A stretch of DNA of 64,000 bases, taken from assembly GCA_964016885.1 (NCBI GenBank), contig OZ024748.1:19282001-19346000 (forward strand), in the 5' to 3' direction. A model generated the notes under the pieces. That model was not told where the DNA came from. It ran no database searches and worked only from the letters and a program-made list of their open reading frames with translations. Of this stretch, positions 16,654-28,750 are shown in pieces. Source of the stretch: Eledone cirrhosa. Its lineage: Eukaryota. The position numbers and the translations under genes were made by a program. Numbering within the stretch: the stretch's first letter is position 1; each line of letters starts with the position of its first letter.

Positions 16654-17096
16654 CACATATATATGTATATATACATGGCTGTGTGTATATGCGTGTATGC
16701 CTTTCGTCGTTTATTCTAAATGATTTGTATATTTAAATATATTTTAAATACTGTTTATGCTTTAGAAGTAATGGAATATTTTAGGAGAAAGACGATATTT
16801 GCGCCATGTTCCCCTTATCTTTTTGAAACTCCAGGGGACATAGATGTTTTTAAATATGGGATCCGTGTGTAATGTGGTTCTTGGGTGTAATGTGGGCCTT
16901 GTGTAGAATGTGGGTCCTCTGTGTAATATGGGACCTGGGTGTAATTAACAAATGTACTTGCTAGAGATATGGTCAAAGGATTTTCAAATATTCAGGGCAC
17001 ATCACAGCCATGACAACGTGAGAAATTTTGAATTATATAGAACATATAATAAATACTCCCACACACACTCACACACACGCGCGCACACACACACAA

Positions 17097-17127
<31 letters not shown>

Positions 17128-17164
17128 CTCTCACACACACACACACACATATATATATATCTAA

Positions 17165-17436
17165 AGTCTAAAGGCTGTCTTAAGCCAAAAGGTTCATTTG
17201 ACCGGTGCTTATCCCGGTTTCATGGCGCAAATCGACTGAGATGAGAAGGCCACCCCCTGGACAGGACGTCAGTCCATCACAGGCTTAACCACCAGCTATT
17301 GCTGTTACTCATTTTCTGCTGCGTATACTGGAGCAACGTGAAGTGAAGTGTTTTGCTCAAGAACACAACACACAACCCAGGAATCGAACTCGAGATCGTA
17401 AGTCCAACACCCTTACCACTAGGTCATGTGCCTCCA
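17165..17436 (-). mobile_element. CORE-type SINE with a different 3' tail
   Basis: Head gagttcgattcctggg, CORE-like ttcttgagcaaaacacttca. Confidence 0.7.
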
Positions 17437-17461
17437 CACACACACTCACATATATATATAA

Positions 17462-18092
17462 CTAGCAGATGTACCCGGCGTTGCTCGGGAAATGAATGAC
17501 AGCCTGTTTGTCCGTATAAAGAGAGCCAAAGGTTGAGCAAAGAATTGAAATGTAATTGTAAAAAGAAGTTTAACAAAATGGGTGTACAGTGTCATGATTG
17601 AGTGAAATAAACGGCAACATAAAAACAATTCATGGGGTAGCTTGAGTTAATTGACGTGAATGATTTCAGGTCCGGCCTTGCTGTAGTAGGTATGAGTAAG
17701 GGGATAAAGATGGAATAGACGCACCGTATGTCCTTCAGTAGACTAAACCCTATGCGTAAGATGGCGCTGCCACTATCACGTTGACCATCCACTGGACATA
17801 GAAATATCATTCCTTGAAGCAAATCGGCCTAGTACTTCAAAAGTTAAAAGGAGCTTAGTATTTGTACACAGACAGATACACACACAAAATCGATTTTTCG
17901 GCCCCAATATAGATTTTTTTTCAAATTTGTTTTTGTCTCAAACCTGCTCTGGCATATAAGCAACATGTGTGCCAAATTTGGTTGAAATCGGCCTAGTACT
18001 TCAAAAGTTAAAAGGAGCCTAGTATTTGTACACAGACACACAGACAGACACACACACACACACAGACCGACTTGCTTTTATATATATATAGA
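17462..18092 (-). mobile_element. Non-autonomous Helitron
   Basis: Minus strand starts TC (tctatatatatataaaagc) and ends with hairpin cccgagcaacgccggg followed by CTAG|T. Internal (CA)/(CAGA) repeat and ~60-bp duplication (17821/17985). Confidence 0.8.
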
Positions 18093-19419
18093 CTAGCAGA
18101 AAACCACCCGGTGGGTGGTTTTCTGCTAGCAAATCTAGTGTATATACTGATATTGTTGAGATTTGGATGAGAAATGTTTTCGGCACCACATGTTCACCGC
18201 ATCTCGGTGTGTCTTTTATGCATGTATAAATATATATGTTATCTATACGGTGAAATCTTTGAAATAAATATATGTTAAAACGAAAAAGGAGAAAATAAAT
18301 AACTGGCGGTTAGAAAAATATTCCTATGAAATTTTAATCATACCATTAGGTGTGAATAAGAAAATATTTTTTTATTGTGAAAACAAATGTTCAAAAGTTA
18401 AACTTCAATTTTTTGAATTATTTCCAATTTTTTCATGAAATTGAACTCTGGACATTGGCTGCTTGAAATGGAAATTAAATCGTATTTAATTGTATTTAAA
18501 TTTCTAACCTTATTTTATTATTTATATTTTTTCAATAAGAAATAAAAAAAATAAAAAAATTGAAGAAAAAAATTGAACAAATCAAACGTAGGTTATGGAA
18601 CTGCGCAATCTGATTAATAAATTACCTCATCAGCAGCAATCTTCTTCAAATGGTCCTTATTATCAGCAGCAACAACCACAAATTCAATGGCAACCTTCTT
18701 CGCATGGTGTCAAGTCAGAACCGCCTCGAACTGGTTACTTCTAGCTTGTGCAAGGTGTCTCTATAGCAACCAGCAATTCCCTCGGCCTCAGTGACCAAAG
18801 TCAGTGGAGAGGGGAAGGTAATATTTCTGTAGCACGTGTTTTAGCGTCTATTCAATCTCTCTCTCTCCCTCTCTCCCTCCCTCCAGCTATCCCCCTCTCG
18901 TAGTCTGTCTCTTTCTTTCACTCTCACTCTCTCTCTACGCACGTGTTTCCACTGTCGGACAGACAGACAGAGAAATTGCTGGTTATATATATAAGTAGAT
19001 TTCACATTCAATTTCATGCTGGCATGCGTTAGACACATCCACACGCACGCCAACATACACCCACCCACACACAAACATATATAACAATAATAATAATAAT
19101 GCGTGTGTTTGTATATGTGTCAGTGTGTATATTTTTGTTGTATGTGTGCTTGTGCGTGTGTGAGTGTGTATGTGTGTGTGTGTGGGGGGGGGGGGGATGA
19201 GTATGTGTGTGTGTGGCGGGGGGATGTGTATGTGTGTGTGTGAGCATGTGTATGTGTGTTTGTGTGTGTGTGTATGTGTGTGGGGGGCATGTGTATGTGT
19301 GTGTGAACGAATGTTTAAAAAAAAGTTACTTCGAAAGCCTAAAGCATCGCATTCGAACGTTTTACGAGGCATTTAAAAAAAATTGCGTAGACAGAAACTG
19401 TTTGGAAGCCAGTCAGACG

Positions 19420-19840
19420 GGTTGTACTTGAACTTCAAAGGCAAAGGGCCAGCTTTGCGACACAATGTATCACACTAAATCTCCCTGAGTATTACGTTAA
19501 AAGTACACTTGTTTGTGGAATACTTGGCCATTTACGCCATAATACAAACTAGACTCTACCTGTAACTAAAAGCGCCAGTCTTTTCAAACACAATATCTCA
19601 TGCTGAATTTCCCTGAGAATTACGTTAAGGGTACACGTGTTTGTGGAATACTTGGCCACTTACGCCATAATATTGTGTCGTCAAGTATGAAAATTGTAGA
19701 AATTTGTTGAAAAAAAAACAACAAATTTCTACAAATTTCATACTTGACGACCCAATACAAGCTAGGCTACCTGTAACTGAAAGTGCTAATGCTTTCACAT
19801 ACAATATCACGCTGGATCTCCCTGAGAATTACGTTAGAAA
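19420..19840 (+). repeat. Triplicated SINE-tail fragment
   Basis: Three copies of (a)tctccctgagaattacgtta-like sequence; same tail as 35320-35360. Confidence 0.6.
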
Positions 19841-20216
19841 CACGTTTTTAGGGAATGTTCACCTAACCATTGATCGACAACTGGAAAATTCATCGCCTAA
19901 ACCGACGGAGGCCCATACCGTTTTAGGTTTCCCCAACAATCCAATTGATATACATAACTATGGCAAGTCGTGAGGTCAATCTATACAAGCGATATATCAA
20001 TATTTCTACAATATTCTAAGATCGATATACCTGAACGCATGATTGACCTCCTTCGCTTAGAAATTTCTAAGAATGTTCTAGAAGTTTGATCGTTTTATTC
20101 CTTGACACACCCTAGCAGACATTAGTATATTTGTATTATAATTTGGTTGTACGTCTTTCATGTACGAGGATATGTCTCTCTCTCTCTCTCTGTCTCTCTC
20201 TTTCTCTCTGTCTCTC

Positions 20217-20294
<78 letters not shown>

Positions 20295-20765
20295 ACACAT
20301 GTATGTATTTGTATATATATAGACATGTATGTATGCATAGATATACAGATACATATATATACTAACGTATATAAAATATATATATATATATGCACACGAA
20401 TATGTGTGTATGTGTGTGCGTCAATATATGTGCACGTACGTATATGTATTTGATGGCGTCTGTGTAAATCTTAACCCATGCTGAGTGTATGAATATACAT
20501 GTATGCTTTCATGTCACTGTTTCACGTAACATTTGTTGGTGGGCGATTATGTACATTATGTACATGTATCAGAAGGTGTATGTGTGTGTGTGATGATGTA
20601 TATGTGAGTGTGCCTGTATGGTATTACATATATGTGGAAGGAATGGTGATGGAAAGAATGAAAGAGTAAGTGATAGTGAAAATGAGAGTGAGAATGAGAG
20701 GGAAGAAGTGAGCGAGAGAGAGAGAAAGAGTGAGAGAGAGAGAGAGCAAGAGAGAGAAGGGGGGT

Positions 20766-20797
<32 letters not shown>

Positions 20798-20982
20798 TAG
20801 AGAGAATACTGAAACCGTGGTTTGTGTGTTTTTGTAGAAGCCATTCCACTAGTTTTATGCATGTTTGTGCATGTGTATATATGTGTATATATATATGTGT
20901 GTATGTATATGCATACATATATCTACATACACACACACACACACACACACACATGAATATATATATCTATATATCCATATAT

Positions 20983-21080
<98 letters not shown>

Positions 21081-21539
21081 TCATATATATATACCTATAT
21101 CTCCTTAAACACACATACAGAGACATACACAGACATACACCCAGTCTCTAGTGTAAGACTGTAAGATGGTAGAATATCTGATGACTCTCAAGAAGTAACA
21201 AGCAGTCCAACAACTAGACTATCAGTAACTATAAAGTTAAACATTATATTACGTCCTTATCTGATGAAGTCTACAACTGCCGAAACCTGACACCGCTTCA
21301 TATTACACTATTACAGATCATACTATGGCCAACAGTTTTGTCATCAATTTTATCCTTCTTCTTTAAAATAAATAAGCAAGAAAAGATGTCAGAAGCACAC
21401 ACATACATGATATTATGTGGAACCGTCACCAGAATGGAATCGCACTACAATTCCTTGCCTTTTAGTATATGTATATGTCCCAAGGCTCTGATACCATCAA
21501 CACTATAAACACTGAGCTGGCATATCTAAGAACTGACTA

Positions 21540-21603
21540 ACTGCCTGATGAGGTCATAGCCATTCAATGGCTATCATCGAAATATATATATATATATAGC
21601 AGT
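21540..21603 (+). ncRNA. Type I hammerhead ribozyme
   Basis: actgc-CTGATGA-ggtcatagccattcaatggctatcatc-GAAA-(ta)8-gcagt. Stem I actgc/gcagt; AUA cleavage triplet at 21596-21598. Confidence 0.85.
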
Positions 21604-21644
21604 AAATAAAGGATTATGAGTTCATGCAATTGACTTATGTTTCG

Positions 21645-21703
<59 letters not shown>

Positions 21704-23049
21704 CTATTGTTGTTGTTGAGAATCCGATGTTGTTGAGAATATATATATATATACAGGGAGAAAGAGAGAAAGAGGGGGACAGTGAGAGAGAGAGGGGAGA
21801 GAGACTGGGAGAAATGGAGAGGGAGAAAGAGACGGGAAGAAAGGGAGAGGCAGAGAGAGGGGAGAGAGAGTGAGAGGCATACAGATAGATAGTGGAAGCA
21901 GATATAGTGATATTAGGCCAATATGGATGAGAGAAATTGAAAGATAATGAAGAAGAAGAAGAAGAAGAAGATGAAGAAGTAGAAGAAGAAGAAGAAGAAG
22001 AAGAAGAAGAAGAAGAAGAGTGATAGATAGATTGGTAGAGAGAAAGACAATGTGTGATAGAGAGAGCGAGAAAGAGCGAAAAATGGAGGTGGAATATATT
22101 AGTTTTTTGTTTTTTTTTAAATATTCTTGTCAATCTTTTTTTATAATTATTTTTGCATTTTTCTATCAGACATTTTGGTTTTGTGTTTTCAATAAATTAC
22201 AATTTAGGAGACTTGATATACCTATTTATAATTACCCCCCCCCCAAAAAAAAACGGGCGTTTTAAAGAAAAGCTTTGACGTACATATGGTAATGTTCCTT
22301 TAACTATTATCACTGTAGCTACCAAATTTATCATTGTACTTGATCCAACTAGAACTTGATGCTCTGCTAGGCAACATATGTCCATTGAAGACCATAACTG
22401 TAGCCATTTTGTCTTCTGGGATTCAGCTTAATGGTTATCATATTTGTAAAGTAGTCTACTTCTCAACCAATATATAATAGATTTTGTTTCTCATTTCGCC
22501 AAACTTTCAACCTAATTAGAGTTTGAAGCTAATTTGTCAATCTATCTTTCTACACCCTAGATGATATTTAAGATAGATTACTGAAATAGAATGATAGAAG
22601 AAAAAAAAAACAATAAAACAATTTAAAAAAAAAGATTTACAACGTCACCTATATTATTTAAGATATAATATTCTAATGTAGATAGTCTGAAGTAAAGTAC
22701 CTCATAATTATTCACATTTTACGATTCTCAAAATGGATTATAAAAGATAAGAGTGATGGAGGTGTATAGGTAGTTCTTATCTTGAGCCTTATTTGGAGAC
22801 TTGGCACCAGATTACGAAAAATTATGAGCGACAGTAATGGCGGTAGAATTTCAGTGATTTTTCTCTTTCTTACGCTAAGTGGTATTTCTGGTGTTGGTTG
22901 GCTCATGTCATGTGTGTAGCGGTTATTTACAGTAGCCTCTGTGAGCCACACTGAACATTCGCTGCTATTTAAGTCTACTCAGTCTCGCCTTTGTTTGAGC
23001 TAGTTGTATATAACAAAGAAAATATACAGATATATATATACTTGTAAAA

Positions 23050-23084
<35 letters not shown>

Positions 23085-23107
23085 CAAATAAACACACGTC
23101 CACACAT

Positions 23108-23149
<42 letters not shown>

Positions 23150-23272
23150 GGAGGAAAGCAATGAATATGATTGAAGAATACAATTTGTTTTGCAATAGTG
23201 CAAAACAATCCATGCACAAAACCACTGTGTTATTAACATTGCGAAATCTATTTTTTTTCCACCGATTATACA

Positions 23273-23432
<160 letters not shown>

Positions 23433-23437
23433 CTATC

Positions 23438-23469
<32 letters not shown>

Positions 23470-23594
23470 TACATATATATAAACACACACAAACAATTAT
23501 ATATATATATAAATATAAATAAATATATATATATATATAGTTTCTGAATTTGTTTAGCAAGATTCTTATTGGCAACATGACCCTCCCAAAGCAT

Positions 23595-23693
<99 letters not shown>

Positions 23694-23695
23694 AT

Positions 23696-24006
23696 ATATA
23701 AGATCAAAAGATGGTTAAAAGAGTTCCATGTATTTTATTATGCGCATTTCAAAAACAAATATCATCATGCAATAATATTTGTGTTTTCATCAGATAAAAT
23801 AGGAAGACATGATATGAAGGTTAAAAAACACTTGTGAATAGTGCAGTTTTAAATCAACATATTGAAATGCGCATAATAAAATACATGAAACTCTTTTAAC
23901 CATCTTTTGATCTTATATATTATGTATACTCCAGTCCTACAAACTGTAGAGTGCTTCTTATTCGATATCTGCATTGCTTTATTGTACTACAATAAAACTC
24001 ACCTCC

Positions 24007-24010
<4 letters not shown>
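23696..24010 (-). mobile_element. HHR-bearing element with partial inverted duplication (Penelope pLTR/retrozyme-like)
   Basis: 23696-23752 is inverted at 23863-23920; homologous to 58564-58795; flanked by (TA)n. Confidence 0.75.
23731..23801 (-). ncRNA. Type I minimal hammerhead ribozyme
   Basis: tattttat-CTGATGA-~16-bp stem II-GAAA-tgcgca-TA-ataaaata. Confidence 0.88.
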
Positions 24011-24057
<47 letters not shown>

Positions 24058-24084
24058 GTTTATATTTGTTTTGCAAGGTTTTTG

Positions 24085-24400
24085 ATATGAAATCGTGTGT
24101 CGAAACAAATATTGTTATACTTGGGGAGGGTCATATTGTTGTAATAATATTGCCAGAAATACCAACAGGATACCCTCACTGTTTGGTTGGTTTTCTCTTC
24201 TGCATCTTTTATATCTCCATAGTTAATTTATTTGGCCATCAATGTTTATCACTGACTGACCAACGGTCAAAAATACAGATATAAATACATATATATAGTC
24301 TAACAAATTTCTTTCGTTGCACATCTGCAACATCATCAGTGGTACTATTATCATGTTTCCCCTGCTGTATTGTATGTATTGTAGTTTCTACGCCATTTTT
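24085..24400 (-). mobile_element. Diverged relative of the Penelope-like element at 55980-56560, with a partial HHR (24300-24345)
   Basis: gaaatcgtgtgtcgaaac...gggagggtcat shared with 56015-56060. Minus strand: CTGATGA tgttgcagatgtgcaac GAAA. Confidence 0.6.
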
Positions 24401-24699
24401 ATTTTATGTATTTATTTATCTATATATATCTATAGATCTATATCTATATCTATATATATATATACAAATATAAATTAGCGAGAATCGTATTTCGGCCTAG
24501 GAATTAACGAAAAACAACTTCCGAGATGTGTGGCAAGCGCTCAATGATTCAGATGAACCAGAGCTACAACATACGTTAAAGGCCAAACACACTGAGACGA
24601 TGGTTAAACAATCATCCGCACAACCATAAAAACGACCAAGTAATTCGGGTCATACAAATAAAAATATATGTGATTGAAAAAATATATATATATATATAT

Positions 24700-24880
24700 A
24701 TATACTTCGTAAAAGGTGGTGTAGGATAGAACAAAGGAGAGACACAAATTAAAAACACAGTCACTGAGGAGGTCACACAATTTGTGAAGAAAGAACTTTG
24801 TCAATATATAAACAACCATCCGGTTACCGAACCAACCAACCAACCAACCGGAAATTTATAATAAATTGAAGTGAAAACCA
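24700..24880 (+). mobile_element. Further relative of the 55980 element with a degenerate HHR
   Basis: cagtca CTGAGGA ggtcacacaatttgtgaa GAAA gaac matches the reverse complement of 56185-56280. Confidence 0.6.
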
Positions 24881-24957
24881 GCAGGTGCGTCCGTTTTTAT
24901 TGACAGCATGGCCCCCCCCCCCTCAAAAAAATTATAACTATATATATATATATATAT

Positions 24958-25141
24958 AACAAAGGAATTGTGGTAAGGAACCAGATGGACCATAACGCAC
25001 CAGAGTACTCAATACTTGGGGTAGTAGAGTGGGAAATAGGAAAAAGTATGACCCCGACGGCAGAGCTTAAGCCGTTTCGACAGCTATTTCTGGAAATAGC
25101 CGTTGAAACGGCTTGAGCTCTGCCGTCGTGGTCATACCTTT

Positions 25142-25146
<5 letters not shown>
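24958..25146 (-). mobile_element. Hairpin-family element copy 2
   Basis: Reverse-complement match to the family; flanked by (TA)n. Confidence 0.88.
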
Positions 25147-25175
<29 letters not shown>

Positions 25176-25179
<4 letters not shown>

Positions 25180-25496
25180 AAGAAGGTGTGGTAAGATACC
25201 AGACGGACCATAACGCACCAGAGTACTCGCTACTTAGGGTACTCGATACTTAGGGTACTCGATACTTAGGGTACTCGATACTTAGGGTACTCGTTACTTA
25301 GGGTACTCGATACTTAGGGTACTCGATACTTAGGGTACTCGATACTTAGGGTACTCGCTACTTAGGGTACTCGCTACTTAGGGTACTCGATACTTAGGGT
25401 ACTCGTTACTTAGGGTACTCGATACTTAGGAACTAGTTCGGATCTAGCTGTCGAAACGGCCGGAGCTCAGCCGTCAGTGTCCTGACCCTTTTCCTA
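25176..25496 (-). mobile_element. Hairpin-family element copy 3 with an internal 16-bp tandem expansion (25222-25430)
   Basis: About 13 copies of tacttagggtactcga inside the element. Confidence 0.85.
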
Positions 25497-25520
25497 CACA
25501 TATATATATATATATATATA

Positions 25521-25718
25521 AGTGGTGACACAACAGTTAGTTCAACATACCGAGAACAATTGTTTCACCTTTGCGGATCTAACGAGCAGAAGATCCGCTA
25601 AGGTGCAACAATTGTTCTCGGTATGTTGAACTAACTGTTGTGTTACCACTGCTACCTAACTCGTCCCATGGACTGAGTGCTCAACCACTACCGATATTAC
25701 CTTCCAGTGTTCTCACTC
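25521..25718 (+). mobile_element. Second fold-back element: 60-bp arms (25521-25650) plus tail
   Basis: agtggtgacacaac...gcggatct / agatccgc...gttgtgttaccact. Confidence 0.8.
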
Positions 25719-25725
25719 TCCCCCC

Positions 25726-25756
<31 letters not shown>

Positions 25757-25758
<2 letters not shown>

Positions 25759-25948
25759 GGAACGAGTAGGACCCCGACGGCTGAGCTCAAGCCGTTTCGA
25801 CGGCTAATTCTGGACTGAATTAGCCGTCGAAACGGCTTGAGCTCAGCCGTCGGTTGTCCTACTCGTTCCTATTACCCACTCTACTACCCTACCTATTGAG
25901 TACTTTGGTGCGTTATGGTCCACCTGGTTCCTTACCACATTTCCTTCG

Positions 25949-25950
<2 letters not shown>
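25757..25950 (+). mobile_element. Hairpin-family element copy 4
   Basis: ~55-bp palindromic arms plus ~80-bp tail, in (TA)n. Confidence 0.92.
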
Positions 25951-25987
<37 letters not shown>

Positions 25988-25995
25988 TATAAGTT

Positions 25996-26070
25996 TTAAT
26001 ATAGATGAGATTCTACAGGACTAGAACTGTTTCATTCTTTAGAAATCATCAGGAATCTCATCTATATTAA
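25996..26070 (-). ncRNA. Type I hammerhead ribozyme
   Basis: 18-bp perfect stem I ttaatatagatgagattc/gaatctcatctatattaa; CTGATGA tttctaaagaat GAAA cagttctagtcctg TA. Confidence 0.85.
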
Positions 26071-26156
26071 ATCTCATCTATATTAAAACTTTTATACTCT
26101 GCAATGTATTGAGTACCTTGCTTACTGTGGTTACCTCCGATTCAACCCGGAATAAC

Positions 26157-26214
<58 letters not shown>

Positions 26215-26464
26215 GTTTGTGTGTATCAATGTGAGTGTGTGTGCCTTTTGTTGCGTATACGTGTGTGAATGTATGCGAGAGAAAGGGAGAGAGAAAGAGA
26301 CAGACAGAATGAGAGACGGAGAGGGAGAGAGAGACAGTGAGAAACTGAGTCAAGAGAAAAAGACAGTAAACCTAAGTTCTTTATATACATCAAGATTTAT
26401 TGCTCCTGTCTCCTATAAAGCATACATGTATGTATGCGTATCAATGTATCTGCGTATTAGTATT

Positions 26465-26529
<65 letters not shown>

Positions 26530-26810
26530 AATGGTTGCATGTGTGTGTATAAGCTATATGTAAATACATGTCTGTCTGTACGTGTGTGCATGTGTGTACG
26601 TGTGTGTGTATGTGTGTATGTCTGTGTCGGTGTGCAAAATGTGCGTCTGCTTACTTTGGTGGCCGGGCCATATACAGAAAATTTGTGAGATGAAATAATG
26701 GCGTTTAGCAGCCTCAATGTAATTAGGGGCTCAGTTATTGTGAATAAACGTATGAACGTGGGAAAATATCTAACAGAAAAAACCTTTCATTTTATATATT
26801 TTATATATAT

Positions 26811-26862
<52 letters not shown>

Positions 26863-26869
26863 GTGTGTG

Positions 26870-26925
<56 letters not shown>

Positions 26926-26954
26926 TATATATAAATATATATGTATATATATAA

Positions 26955-27010
<56 letters not shown>

Positions 27011-27061
27011 ATGTATATATATATATGTGTGTATGTATATATATATATATATATGTGTGTG

Positions 27062-27168
<107 letters not shown>

Positions 27169-27193
27169 ATGTATATATATATATGTGTGTATG

Positions 27194-27284
<91 letters not shown>

Positions 27285-27638
27285 ATGTATATATATATAT
27301 ATATATATATATGAATATATATAAATATATATGTATATATATAAATATATATGTATGTATATATATATATATATATATATGTAATGTTGTTTATATATAT
27401 GTATATATGTAATGTTGTGTATATAGGTTGTGTATATAGGTTGCGATACTGGCGGGTAATTATCAGATAGAAGGCGAGAAGTCTTATGCCGAAAAATTGG
27501 AAGTGACTGCGTCCTTACCGCAAATTTTCTCTTGATAATTACACAACCCTGTTTTATATGCACGCATCCATGCACCAGTGTCTGTGTGTATTCACACACA
27601 CACATATATATATATATAAATACATAAATATATATATG

Positions 27639-27704
<66 letters not shown>

Positions 27705-28178
27705 TATATTTATATACACACACATATATATAGTGGTCATGCAGGCAAATGCTTAAATGTCGGTATCTATTTGCAAATCTACATGTAAGATTTATTCATG
27801 CAGTGATACATGTACACACATACAAACACACACATGGGGACACACACACATACAGGAGGTATATTTAAAAAAAAAAACACGACGCTCTATGTTTGATCTT
27901 TTATATTTACAACATTCATATTTCTTTATCAATCATTTGTGTTTGGTTTGGAACAAAAGCCATCCTAAACCCATTAGTTTACTAAATGTTTCGAGACCTT
28001 TAGGTCCTTATTCTCACATTAAAAATAATGGTTTCGTATTTAGGCATGCAATGAGGTCGATTTAATCGACTTTCCCCCTCACCCAAAATTACTGGCCTTC
28101 TGCCTAAATCAGAAATCGTTATTTTAAATGTGAGCATGAGGCCCTAATGTTCTTGGGCCTCATACTCAAATTAAAAAC

Positions 28179-28358
28179 AATTGTTTCTACTTTTGGCACA
28201 AGGCCAGCAATTATCCCAGTGCGTTACTGGTACTTTATTTTATCGACCCCGTAAGGATGAGAGGAAAAGTTAACCTCGGTGGAATTTCAACTCAGACCGT
28301 AAAGGACCGTAACTCTATGCTGCAAAGCATGGCGTCCGACCCTCTACCGATACTGCCG
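28179..28358 (-). mobile_element. Family A SINE
   Basis: Family match. Confidence 0.88.
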
Positions 28359-28530
28359 ATGTATCGTTTGTGCATTTTGTAATAAGTCGCAAATAATCAT
28401 GGAGGTACATGTAATATCTTGGGCATCAGATTAAAATAATTGCTTATTGTTCATTGACTAAGTCCAAGTAGATTTCATAGATTTCACATGCGAGGTCCTG
28501 TTTGTGGATTTTTAATTTGTATATTGCTAG

Positions 28531-28750
28531 CAAGGTGGCGAATTGGCAGAGTTATCAGAACGTCGGATAGAATACTTTGAGTTATTTGTCCTGGCTCTCT
28601 GTTATCTCATTTCAAATCCCGCCAGGTTCAACTTTGCGTTTCATCCTTTCGAGGACAATAAAAATCTACCAGTCTAGTATTGGGGGTCGATTCTTCTTCT
28701 GTATCTTTTTCTCACTTTCAATCTCTCACTCTCAATCCTTCTCTGGAAAA
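28531..28750 (+). mobile_element. Older Deu/Nin-type SINE subfamily (also 33725-33912 +, 41561-41765 -, 42168-42390 +)
   Basis: ggcgaattggcagag head, tttcatcctttcgagg domain, gtcgattcttc...ttctggaa tail shared among copies. Confidence 0.7.

Noticed and set aside
22197-22965. Unique-looking sequence with short minus-strand ORFs and a possible AT|GTACGT donor (~22284)
   Set aside because: No recognisable protein similarity or linked exon; needs RNA data.
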